Virus record (IMG/VR): IMGVR_UViG_3300036715_002161
Span: 74,037 to 138,036 of that record
Direction: 5' to 3' (one strand)
From: a virus
DNA: 64,000 nt
The notes beneath the pieces were generated by a model. That model made no database searches. It was not told where the DNA came from and was given only the letters and a program-made list of their open reading frames with translations. Each line of letters starts with the position of its first letter. The stretch's first letter is position 1. A program made the position numbers and the translations under genes. This document shows positions 9,430 through 18,089 of the stretch, piece after piece.

Positions 9430-11313
9430 ATGAAACAGATATACGCAAATAATGCAGCCTCTACCCTAAGCGGTAGTATAGACAATATTCAGACTACTAT
9501 AAACCTGACCTCTACAACAGGTTTTCCTGTACCTGCTGCAAACCAATACTTTTTGGTTACAATCCAGGCTGGTTCCCAGATTGAAATCTGTAGAATAACT
9601 GCGGTTAGTGCTGGAGTATTGACGGTGGCCGCAGGTGGCCGAGGCCAAGAAGGGACAGCTGCTCAAAGTTTTACTAGTGGGGCCGCAGTAGAGATACGGG
9701 TTACCAGAGATACTTTAAACGGTTTTACTAATGCCTTGGGACCACTAACGTCCATAGACTTACTGGACAAACCCGTAAATGCCCAAAGCAATAATAATAG
9801 CTATTTAACTGGTAGTATTGATCTATTCGGTAATCCTGTGGCAGTAATTGCCCGCGATAATTACACTTGGAATTTCTTAAACTATTCTCTTTTATTTTCA
9901 GGTACAGTTGCAGGATCAACCTCTGGAACAAGCAATATCTCTACATCAACCGGAACCTTGCCTACTTTTACTAGTGGTGGTTCCTGTAATTATATTATTC
10001 AGTTTACTTCTGGAGCACTACAGGGTAGATCTAGAAATGTAACATCTTCGGTTTCTTCTACCGGTATATTATCTTGGACAACGGCTACTGCCTCAGCCCC
10101 AGGCAGTGGTGACTCCTTTGAAATATATCAGAATAATAATAGTATTCTAAATAGCCTTTCTAACTCTAATATTGTTTTTCCTTTGGCAGGTAGCTATACC
10201 TTGCTGGCGTCAGACTCAGGTAAAACGTTCCTGGTAAGCACCGGTTCCATTACCTTGCCTAGTCCGTCTTCTGGCTTGAAATATAAGCTTGTTGGGGTAA
10301 ATTCTGGTATTGCCACCTTAGTATCAAGTGGTGGCGTCCCGATCTATCTACCCGATTCAAGTAGTACGACCTCTTTGCCCGTAGGGCTAGTTACTACTAT
10401 TGAGGTTGTATGTGATGGTACTAGTTGGTTTGTGCTTAATACTTCTGGGCAAGTGATAACCAAAACTGCCACGGCGTCAAATCAGGCAATCTCACGAGGA
10501 CAGGGAGATATTAGATACCAAGGTATACTAGGATATAACCCAGTAAGACAAGGGAATATATCTACCCAGTCGCCTGGGCCAGTAATAAATATCGGGCAGT
10601 CTGTAGCTGACAACACCCGTGTTAAGCTTTCTGTAGATGCTACTGACCGAGGCAATGTAGTCTTGGAGAATGATAATAATACCTTCAATGGTATAAATAC
10701 ATTCAATCAACCAGTATATGTACCTGCGGCTTCTTTGGGGGGTCAGGCAATAAACTTGACTCAAGCTGATACCAGGTACACCCAAGGTATTAATTCAGTA
10801 CAAAGAGGTAAGAATACAATTTGGATTCCAGCCGGAGCTATGACGTCCAGGGTCACCTCCGGGGCCGCTATTGGAATAGTAGAAACTACTTATAATAAGG
10901 TTGTGCATAAAACTTTGGATTTTTCCCAAGGAGTTGCCCAGTACGCTCAGTTTAAAGTTCGTATGCCTAAGTCATGGAATGGGGCTGCTCCAGGTTTTGG
11001 AGCAACTTTTGTCTGGTCTGCTACCTCTGGAACTGGATCCGTAGTCTGGAGTATACAGGTTACCCCTATTGTCGATGGATCTCTAGATGCCATCTTCGGT
11101 ACTGCCATAACTACAACTCAGGGTGTTACTACCGGAAATATTTTGACTACTTCAGAGACTGCCGGGTTTTTACCTACTGGGGCATATGTTAGGGCTTCTG
11201 AACCAACCTTGATTTTTCAAGTATCTAGGCTCATAACTGACACTTTAACTACTACTGCTAGCCTACACGGTATCAGTCTTAGTTATATTACGGACCAAGC
11301 CAACGATGCTTAA
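9430..11313 (+). CDS. Tail fibre protein
   Basis: N-terminal ANNAASTLSGSI...EICRITA...RGQEGTAAQSF...VEIRVT fibre anchor domain; G/S/T-rich. Confidence 0.8.
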   Translation: MKQIYANNAASTLSGSIDNIQTTINLTSTTGFPVPAANQYFLVTIQAGSQIEICRITAVSAGVLTVAAGGRGQEGTAAQSFTSGAAVEIRVTRDTLNGFTNALGPLTSIDLLDKPVNAQSNNNSYLTGSIDLFGNPVAVIARDNYTWNFLNYSLLFSGTVAGSTSGTSNISTSTGTLPTFTSGGSCNYIIQFTSGALQGRSRNVTSSVSSTGILSWTTATASAPGSGDSFEIYQNNNSILNSLSNSNIVFPLAGSYTLLASDSGKTFLVSTGSITLPSPSSGLKYKLVGVNSGIATLVSSGGVPIYLPDSSSTTSLPVGLVTTIEVVCDGTSWFVLNTSGQVITKTATASNQAISRGQGDIRYQGILGYNPVRQGNISTQSPGPVINIGQSVADNTRVKLSVDATDRGNVVLENDNNTFNGINTFNQPVYVPAASLGGQAINLTQADTRYTQGINSVQRGKNTIWIPAGAMTSRVTSGAAIGIVETTYNKVVHKTLDFSQGVAQYAQFKVRMPKSWNGAAPGFGATFVWSATSGTGSVVWSIQVTPIVDGSLDAIFGTAITTTQGVTTGNILTTSETAGFLPTGAYVRASEPTLIFQVSRLITDTLTTTASLHGISLSYITDQANDA

Positions 11314-12064
11314 TGTCAATAGCCTTATCGGGTTCGGGGTTGGTGGTTCGGGATATGAAATCAAGATCTTGGTCAACACCGCAAACTTTTCGCTCACCTC
11401 CGCCCTGACTGCCGTAGGCTGGGGCGGCGGCCCAGCTGAGGTGAGAGTGATCGTGGCGCCAGGCGTGGTAGTCTACGGAACCGCCGGTAATCCTGGATTT
11501 ACTACAAGTGGCGTTCCCTACGGCTCCGTCATCAATCTAGTCAATTCTGGAATAATTACCGGGGCGGGCGGTATGGGGGGCGACGCTACACCTGTAACTT
11601 ATGGAGGCCCTGGAGGCTTTGGAGGAGTTGGCAGTACTGGGCTGATTACAACCGTGCCTATGACGATTGACAATTCGGCAGGAGTGATTGCCGGTGGTGG
11701 TGGCGGCGGTGGTGCTGGAGGCACCAGTAAAGCTGGTGACGTTTACAGCACTGGTGGTGGTGCTGGTGGAGGGGGATCTGGCTTTGGAGCAGGAGGATTA
11801 GCATCTACAGTACACTACCTTGGAGGCACTCCTCAACCTGGAGCAGTAGGGGGCTTGTTAACTGGTGGTGCTGGTGGTGCTGGCGATTTCCCCGGGGCTG
11901 CGGGTGGCGGTTGGCCTGGTACTGGAATTGGGGGAACTGGGGCAAATCGTGTAGACGATCCCAGTTCCCTGCTCGGGGTCGGCGGCAATCCCGGAAACTG
12001 CACTTCAGGGAGCAGCTTCATAACATGGATAGCTACTGGAACTAGATATGGCACTCTTGCCTAG
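11306..12064 (+). CDS. Glycine-rich receptor-recognition adhesin (T-even gp38-like)
   Basis: INLVNSGIITGAGGMGG, IDNSAGVIAGGGGGGGAGG polyglycine motifs; follows tail fibre. Confidence 0.75.
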   Translation: MLNVNSLIGFGVGGSGYEIKILVNTANFSLTSALTAVGWGGGPAEVRVIVAPGVVVYGTAGNPGFTTSGVPYGSVINLVNSGIITGAGGMGGDATPVTYGGPGGFGGVGSTGLITTVPMTIDNSAGVIAGGGGGGGAGGTSKAGDVYSTGGGAGGGGSGFGAGGLASTVHYLGGTPQPGAVGGLLTGGAGGAGDFPGAAGGGWPGTGIGGTGANRVDDPSSLLGVGGNPGNCTSGSSFITWIATGTRYGTLA

Positions 12065-12112
12065 CTTATTTAAAAGTGGAGACAACGCGTTGTCTCCTGG
12101 AGATAGTTTAAA

Positions 12113-12661
12113 ATGCAGTATTCATTTGTAAACACAGAAGGAAATATAATTGATACCAGGGTTTTTATCGAAAGACCTGACAACCCCCATTATTCAAAAG
12201 GGGTCTGGCTCCCAGATGAGCCTCCAGAGTATAATCCAGAGATTGAAAATCTGGAAGTAGTTTATCCAATTTCTATGGTGGCCGACTCCATCCCATACCT
12301 AGTCACAGACAAAGACATTGAGGTCATAAGATTGGCCAAAATAAAAGAGATGTACAGAGACTACTTAGCAGCCCAACAGTTACCAGTTTATTATATGGGT
12401 AGTACTTTTCAGGCCGATCTGGCTAGTCAAGACGTTCTTGCTAAGAGCCTGGCTGGTATGAGTGTTGTTGCTCCAGCAGGTTTTTACTGGGTAGATGTCC
12501 AGAACAACAAGGTAGCAATGAGTTTTGAAAACCTCCAAGGCATGGCTGCCGCCATGTTCCAACAGGGATGGGATGCCTTTAAAAATCTACAAGATAAAAA
12601 AGACTTAGCTAGTTCTCCAGATGCCACCGTGGCAACAATAAAAAATATAACTTGGGCATGA
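12113..12661 (+). CDS. Tail fibre assembly/chaperone protein (DUF4376-like)
   Basis: YMGSTFQADLASQ...YWVDVQNNKVAMSFENL...IKNITW. Confidence 0.7.
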   Translation: MQYSFVNTEGNIIDTRVFIERPDNPHYSKGVWLPDEPPEYNPEIENLEVVYPISMVADSIPYLVTDKDIEVIRLAKIKEMYRDYLAAQQLPVYYMGSTFQADLASQDVLAKSLAGMSVVAPAGFYWVDVQNNKVAMSFENLQGMAAAMFQQGWDAFKNLQDKKDLASSPDATVATIKNITWA

Positions 12662-12664
12662 TAG

Positions 12665-12997
12665 ATGGAATACGATTCTCGTATAGCAGTAGTAGAAATG
12701 AAGGTAGGAACCCTAGAGAAATCAATTGAGACTATGGCAGAAGGTATTCAACAGTTAGTTATTGCAGAGGCCAAGAGGGAGAACGACAAAGAGATTTTTG
12801 ATCGTTTGTTTGACTCTATAAAGCAGCTCCGTGAATATTCTTATGCTATAGATAAAAAAATAACTGACTACATATCTGCCCAGAATGAGGAGGATCTAAA
12901 TCAATACAAAACCCTTTTATTTAAAATACTAGGGCTGATAGGTTTAGTCCTGGCCTCGGGTCTTTCAGGTTTTCTTTTTAAAACTCACCTGTTGTAA
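12665..12997 (+). CDS. Coiled-coil protein with C-terminal TM helix; possible holin/antiholin
   Basis: Hydrophobic C-terminus ILGLIGLVLASGLSGFLF; start of lysis cluster. Confidence 0.45.
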   Translation: MEYDSRIAVVEMKVGTLEKSIETMAEGIQQLVIAEAKRENDKEIFDRLFDSIKQLREYSYAIDKKITDYISAQNEEDLNQYKTLLFKILGLIGLVLASGLSGFLFKTHLL

Positions 12998-12998
12998 A

Positions 12999-13445
12999 AT
13001 GAGAATAGTAATAAGATTCATACAATCTAACTCCTTGGTGTCTAAAGTAATTCGTTACTGGACCCGAGGGGATTGGTCTCATGTAGAACTTATGATGGAC
13101 GACGGCTGGTTAGTGTCCAGTATTACTGATGGGGTTGAAATCAAGCCTTTTGGATATAATACTTCTTTGGTAATGCAGTATACAAACCTGTTTACCACGA
13201 CTGAAAACTACTGTAAAATAATGGACTTTGCAGCTGCTCAGGTTGGTAAGCCTTATGATTGGAAATCCATTTTGGGGTTTATTTTCAGAAGAGACTGGAC
13301 CTTAGATAATTCCTGGATTTGTTCTGAGCTTATCTTGGCCTCCTTGATGGCAGGCGATGTTACCGTACTTAATACTAATAAATTAAATAGAGTAGATCCT
13401 AATACCCTTTATTTATCCCCGGTTTTTATACCAGAAAGAGGTTGA
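12999..13445 (+). CDS. Permuted papain-like amidase (NlpC/P60, YiiX-like)
   Basis: WSHVEL (His), GKPYDW, WICSEL (Cys) in permuted order. Confidence 0.8.
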   Translation: MRIVIRFIQSNSLVSKVIRYWTRGDWSHVELMMDDGWLVSSITDGVEIKPFGYNTSLVMQYTNLFTTTENYCKIMDFAAAQVGKPYDWKSILGFIFRRDWTLDNSWICSELILASLMAGDVTVLNTNKLNRVDPNTLYLSPVFIPERG

Positions 13446-13450
13446 CCTAA

Positions 13451-13747
13451 ATGGCCCTAGTACAAACAGCAGTTAGATTTTTCCTCCAAAATGAGCCCAG
13501 GTACTGGACTGTGGACAACAGACCTTTGACTGACCTTGACTCTAATGTCAAAAGTATTGTCACTGAAATCGGATTGATAGAGGCCACTGGAGTTCTTGGG
13601 ATGAAGTTTTATACAGGAGTAGGGTCTCCTGAGGGAGTAATTACGGCCTCAGTAGGCTCTCTCTACGTAAGGTCTGACGGTGCAGTCAATACTACTCTTT
13701 ATGTCAAACAAGTAGGTGCTGGGGCAACAGGTTGGGCGGCCAAATGA
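13451..13747 (+). CDS. Small virion protein with fibre-type C-terminal motif
   Basis: GVGSPEGVITASVGSLYVRSDGAVNTTLYVK...TGW is a common phage fibre terminal module. Confidence 0.6.
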   Translation: MALVQTAVRFFLQNEPRYWTVDNRPLTDLDSNVKSIVTEIGLIEATGVLGMKFYTGVGSPEGVITASVGSLYVRSDGAVNTTLYVKQVGAGATGWAAK

Positions 13748-14355
13748 TTACTCCTGAGCTTTTACAAAAATGTTTAGGTCTTAATGGAGCTCAGGCAAAA
13801 ATCTGGTCTGCCGTCTTGGGATATGTCTGCCTGAAGTTTGAGATAAATACACCTAAAAGACAAGCTGCCTTCCTGGCTCAAGTAGTGGTAGAATCCGAGT
13901 CCTTTACTCATTTGTCTGAAAATTTAAACTATTCTGAGATAGGATTATTGACCACTTTTAAAAAATACTTTACCAAGGTAGAAGCTGCCAAATACGCCAA
14001 AAACAAGGTGGCCATTGCCAATCGAGTCTATGCCTCTAGATTTGGTAACGGTCCAGAAGAGTCTGGAGATGGCTGGAAATATCGTGGTAGAGGTCTTATT
14101 CAGATAACATTCCATGACAACTACCTAGACTGTGGCCTAGGGCTTGGAGTAGATCTATTAAATAATCCAGAACTACTGGAGACGCCAAATTTGGCTGCCT
14201 CCTCTGCCGCCTGGTATTGGAAGAAACACGGCTGTAATGCCCTGGCTGACACAGATGACTTCCGATCAATTACCAAGGTTATTAACGGTGGTTTAAACGA
14301 TGAAGACCAGAGAGAGTCCTTCTGGGGTAAAATAAGACAGGAGATGAAAATATGA
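13744..14355 (+). CDS. Endolysin, glycoside hydrolase family 19
   Basis: AAFLAQVVVES, ENLNYS, GDGWKYRGRGLIQIT, ITKVINGG; ATG at 13744 overlaps upstream stop. Confidence 0.92.
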   Translation: MITPELLQKCLGLNGAQAKIWSAVLGYVCLKFEINTPKRQAAFLAQVVVESESFTHLSENLNYSEIGLLTTFKKYFTKVEAAKYAKNKVAIANRVYASRFGNGPEESGDGWKYRGRGLIQITFHDNYLDCGLGLGVDLLNNPELLETPNLAASSAAWYWKKHGCNALADTDDFRSITKVINGGLNDEDQRESFWGKIRQEMKI

Positions 14356-14576
14356 AAATTCTAAAAGATAGTTTTACAGTTGCCAATGGCCAAGATTTTG
14401 ATATTGGTAAAATTCTCTGGGTCATGGTATCATTAACTTTTATGGTGCTTGCAATCTTTTCAATATTGCTAAAAGGTCAAGCGTTTGACCCAGTTGGATT
14501 TGGTACCGGCGCTGGATTGGTCTTGGCTGGTGGTGGAGCCGCCCTAGGACTTAAGTCTGGAACAGAACCTAAATGA
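14352..14576 (+). CDS. Putative holin (two TM segments)
   Basis: 74 aa, two hydrophobic stretches, directly after endolysin. Confidence 0.55.
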   Translation: MKILKDSFTVANGQDFDIGKILWVMVSLTFMVLAIFSILLKGQAFDPVGFGTGAGLVLAGGGAALGLKSGTEPK

Positions 14577-14998
14577 CCGCCTTTAGAAATACTCTAGACC
14601 TTTCAAATCCCATGACCCTCTTTACGGGATTTGACCCCTATTATTGGGCTACAGATAATATTCCTCTGCAACAGCTACATGATAGAGACGCAGCCCTGGC
14701 CGATAGAATTGACCTAATCTCAGTAGGTAGAGTAGATGTAACAGGTAATGGCACAGCCTCCCCGGTAATAAATGCACTACCCACAGGTTGGGCTGTGACC
14801 CGTAACGGAACTGGTGACTATACCATTACCCATAGCTTATCGACTCTATTATATTCAGTTATGTCAAGTTGTCAAAGTACGACGCCGGCGTTTGTAAATC
14901 AATATGCAGCCTCCGCTAACACTTGTAGTATTCGTACATATAACCTGAGCGGGGCTGTAACTGATATGCAATTTTCTTTATTGATAACCAGACTATGA
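14573..14998 (+). CDS. Small virion/fibre-like protein
   Basis: VTRNGTGDYTITHSL beta module; N-terminus shares a motif with 13451-13747. Confidence 0.55.
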   Translation: MTAFRNTLDLSNPMTLFTGFDPYYWATDNIPLQQLHDRDAALADRIDLISVGRVDVTGNGTASPVINALPTGWAVTRNGTGDYTITHSLSTLLYSVMSSCQSTTPAFVNQYAASANTCSIRTYNLSGAVTDMQFSLLITRL

Positions 14999-15372
14999 AT
15001 CCCTATTTGCTATATATTAAGTGGGCAGTGCTCGTTGTTTTTGTATTGGTCTTGGTTGGTTTTGGCTATCATCTAGGCTCCAATCATTATGGTCCAATTA
15101 TTGCCGACCTTACTGAAAAAGTAGAGGCGGCCAAGGATGCCCAGACTGCCTTGTCTCTTTCTCTAGAGGCTCAAACCCAGAATGCCGAAACGGCCAAAAA
15201 ACAGGCCGATCTTGCCTTGGAAAATAGTAAGGCGGCCTTGGCTGCGGCCCGCAAGAGTCAGCAGAAGGCCTTAGACGAAATAGCTTTCTACAAAAGAGAG
15301 GTGGCTGACCCTAGAGGTCGCACCTGTTCCCAGGCAGTATTAGAAATAAAGGACAATATAAATGTTAAATAA
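14995..15372 (+). CDS. i-spanin (Rz-like)
   Basis: N-terminal TM helix, Ala/Lys-rich coiled coil, C-terminal Cys; overlaps lipoprotein gene. Confidence 0.75.
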   Translation: MNPYLLYIKWAVLVVFVLVLVGFGYHLGSNHYGPIIADLTEKVEAAKDAQTALSLSLEAQTQNAETAKKQADLALENSKAALAAARKSQQKALDEIAFYKREVADPRGRTCSQAVLEIKDNINVK

Positions 15373-15634
15373 AATTATACCTTTTCTCTTTTTAAGTCTG
15401 TGCTCCTGTGCTCAACCCGTAAGACCCAATGTAGTACCTCAGATTGTAAAAGTAGAAGTACCCGTTCCGTGTGTAGTTCCGGCTGTAGAAGAACCAGTAT
15501 TTATAACAGATGCTGAATTAGCCACTATGTCAGACTACCAAGTAATAATTTCCCTATGGGTAGACCATAAAGAGAGAAAGAATTATATTGAGGAACTTAA
15601 AGCCTCGAACAAAGGTTGTTCGGGGTTAAAATAG
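15362..15634 (+). CDS. o-spanin (Rz1-like lipoprotein)
   Basis: Signal peptide with lipobox-like LCSC, Pro-rich VKVEVPVPCVVP. Confidence 0.8.
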   Translation: MLNKIIPFLFLSLCSCAQPVRPNVVPQIVKVEVPVPCVVPAVEEPVFITDAELATMSDYQVIISLWVDHKERKNYIEELKASNKGCSGLK

Positions 15635-15666
15635 AGTAGTAAATTAACCAATAGGATATTATCAAA

Positions 15667-16314
15667 ATGGCAGGAACAAGCGATTACTTACAGAATAAAC
15701 TCATTGACTTTGAACTTAGAGGTCAGGCTTTTACTCCCACACCGACTATTTATATAGGCATTATGACTTGTACCAATGGAGCTCGAACCAGTGGCATAGC
15801 CCTAGCCCTCAATGCTACAATTAGTATGGTTGCTGCTGACGGGTTTAATCATTTATATAAGACCACTGTTGCTGGTAATACTGCCGTAACTGCTCCTCTT
15901 TTCCCAGGTGTTCCTGGAGAGACTATTACTGATGGTACCTGTACTTTGGTAGAACAGTCTGCATCAATTCAGAATGGTACTGCCGTCGTGGAACCTACCG
16001 GTATTGGTAGCTATCAGCGAGCTTCTGTGTCAACCTCCATGGCTACTTTTAATAATACGCAGGCCTCTGGTACGGCTGTGGCCAGCTCAGGGACCTCCTC
16101 TACTACTTCAAATACCAATACAATTTCTTTTGTGGCTGCAACTGCTGCATGGACCTCTGGTACAACCCAAGCTTGGGGTTTTGCCATTTTCGATGCCTTG
16201 TCTGGGGGTAACCTCCTACGCTATGGCGGCCTAAATGCAAACCAGGTTATTAACTCTGGAAATACCCTGACCTTTGCCCCCGGTACCTTGGTTATAAAAA
16301 TTGATAATGCCTAA
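15667..16314 (+). CDS. Virion structural/tail fibre-associated protein
   Basis: SDYLQNKLID...FAIFDALSGGNLL...TLTFAPGTL conserved phage family pattern; late motif at 15625-15633. Confidence 0.7.
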   Translation: MAGTSDYLQNKLIDFELRGQAFTPTPTIYIGIMTCTNGARTSGIALALNATISMVAADGFNHLYKTTVAGNTAVTAPLFPGVPGETITDGTCTLVEQSASIQNGTAVVEPTGIGSYQRASVSTSMATFNNTQASGTAVASSGTSSTTSNTNTISFVAATAAWTSGTTQAWGFAIFDALSGGNLLRYGGLNANQVINSGNTLTFAPGTLVIKIDNA

Positions 16315-16350
16315 TATATCGGTTATAGATATAGATAACGACTAATATAA

Positions 16351-17577
16351 ATGATATTTGCAGCGACCTCATTCAGTACTAATTCGTTTAGTACTACTGG
16401 AACGGTGATGGTTGCCATATCTGGTAGTTCAAACTCTAGGGCCTATGGCTCTGGAGTTCCTATTAATTCTGTACTGGCCATAGGCCAGACCAATTCTAAT
16501 AGTAGTTTGGCTGGAACGTTGGCCAAACAAGTAGCCATACTAGGCACGTCTAACTCCAATAGCAATAGTTTTGTATCCCTCCCAACCCAGGCCTCTGGAG
16601 TTTCTGGGCAAGATACTTTGGCGTCTGCTCCATATTCTACAGTCAGCTTTGGTACTAGTATTGATCTAGGCCTAATTAATATTTCTGGTATTATAGGTCA
16701 AAACTCAAACGGCTTAGCTTCAGTCTCTAGTATAAACCTTATTTCCGGTACGGCTGGTCAGTCATCTAGCTCTACGGCCCAGTTTTTTACAATTACAACT
16801 AACTACATTTCCGGTACGGCTGTCCAGTCATCTAGTTCTACGGCCCAGTTTTTTACAATTACAACTAACTACATTTCCGGGGTAGGGGGGCAAGTTTCAT
16901 CAGGGTCAGGGGACTCGTCCAACCTGTCTTTTATCTCAGGACTAACTAGTCAAGTTCAAACTCAAGGTGCTGACAGTTTCTTGATAACCACCCCTTCTGG
17001 AGTTTCTGGCCAAAGAAGTGTAATGGCAGGGGACCTGTTCAATCCTGTGTTTATTACCACTGACGGATCAGGTCAAACATCCTCTGGAAAAGGAACTGGA
17101 GTAATACCAACATGGATTAATCCAGGTCTCTCTAGTCAAGAAACAGTTTCTTTTGGAGATCTGGTAGTCGGAACTTTTATTGATCTGATACCGGTCTCAA
17201 CTATACCTACTCAAATAGGAGAGGGTCCAGTTGTCTATCCAGTAGATCAAGACCTGGTTATATACTCTGGGATTACTAGTAAGTTTCAGTTTGCCTATGT
17301 AGACCCCTTGTCTCTGCTACCAATCACCCTTGGTGGAGTAGAGGCGGTATTTGAGATAAGTAATATCAAAGATCAGTATAATATCATTTATACTCTGAGT
17401 ACCCAAACAGGTGAGTTACAAATAGATCCTGTTTTCGGAGTAATCACCATTAATTTCTCTTCAGATTTCACAGGTAGTACTGACCCTTTTTATGGTCTCT
17501 ATAGGCTAAGACTGATAGCCTCCGGTACCAGTCTTCAAATCCTTAAAGGATTTATTTTATTGGATGGGGCACCATGA
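16351..17577 (+). CDS. Ser/Gly/Thr-rich repetitive fibre protein with C-terminal adaptor domain
   Basis: ~20-aa periodic ISG..GQ repeats; C-terminal DLVIYSG...FQFAY...GELQI...ILKGFI. Confidence 0.6.
   Translation: MIFAATSFSTNSFSTTGTVMVAISGSSNSRAYGSGVPINSVLAIGQTNSNSSLAGTLAKQVAILGTSNSNSNSFVSLPTQASGVSGQDTLASAPYSTVSFGTSIDLGLINISGIIGQNSNGLASVSSINLISGTAGQSSSSTAQFFTITTNYISGTAVQSSSSTAQFFTITTNYISGVGGQVSSGSGDSSNLSFISGLTSQVQTQGADSFLITTPSGVSGQRSVMAGDLFNPVFITTDGSGQTSSGKGTGVIPTWINPGLSSQETVSFGDLVVGTFIDLIPVSTIPTQIGEGPVVYPVDQDLVIYSGITSKFQFAYVDPLSLLPITLGGVEAVFEISNIKDQYNIIYTLSTQTGELQIDPVFGVITINFSSDFTGSTDPFYGLYRLRLIASGTSLQILKGFILLDGAP
16741..16880 (+). repeat. In-frame 66-bp tandem duplication (2 copies plus partial)
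   Basis: 16741-16806 and 16807-16872 nearly identical, encoding ISGTA(G/V)QSSSSTAQFFTITTNY. Confidence 0.95.
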
Positions 17578-18065
17578 CAGCTTTGGCGATTCTATTTTGT
17601 GGTATATTCGATAGAATGAGGGGTTTCCACTGGAGATTCATGAGTTTCCTCTATGGCCTATTAATGGCTTTTATCTTTGGTATTACCTGGAAACTCTCCC
17701 TAGTCTTTGCCCTGTTGTGGTGGCTGGGGGCTGCTCCTGGTTGGGGAGAGCCCCTAGGGTCTCTTTTTGCAGGCAGATTTCAAAAGGTCTCTAGTAGAGA
17801 ATGGTGGCAGGTACTAGGTCTTCAAAATCCAGGAAATGAACTTTGGGCCTCTTTGTTTAGAGGAGCCATGTGGGGAGCCTGTATATTACCAATGTCCTAC
17901 TGGTTTCCAAGACTAGTATTTCTTCCGGTAATAACTGCCCTAGGTTTTGTCCTGGCAGTACCCATCGGCAAGTTTTTAGGCCATATCCTAAAAAAAGAAT
18001 CCTGGGCCACAATGGAATTCGTAAGAGGCCTTTTGATGGGCCTGGGCATATTTATAATAAGCTAA
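17574..18065 (+). CDS. Multi-pass membrane protein
   Basis: Several hydrophobic Trp/Gly-rich segments. Confidence 0.65.
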   Translation: MTALAILFCGIFDRMRGFHWRFMSFLYGLLMAFIFGITWKLSLVFALLWWLGAAPGWGEPLGSLFAGRFQKVSSREWWQVLGLQNPGNELWASLFRGAMWGACILPMSYWFPRLVFLPVITALGFVLAVPIGKFLGHILKKESWATMEFVRGLLMGLGIFIIS

Positions 18066-18089
18066 AATAATCACTTAAAGGAAAATTAA

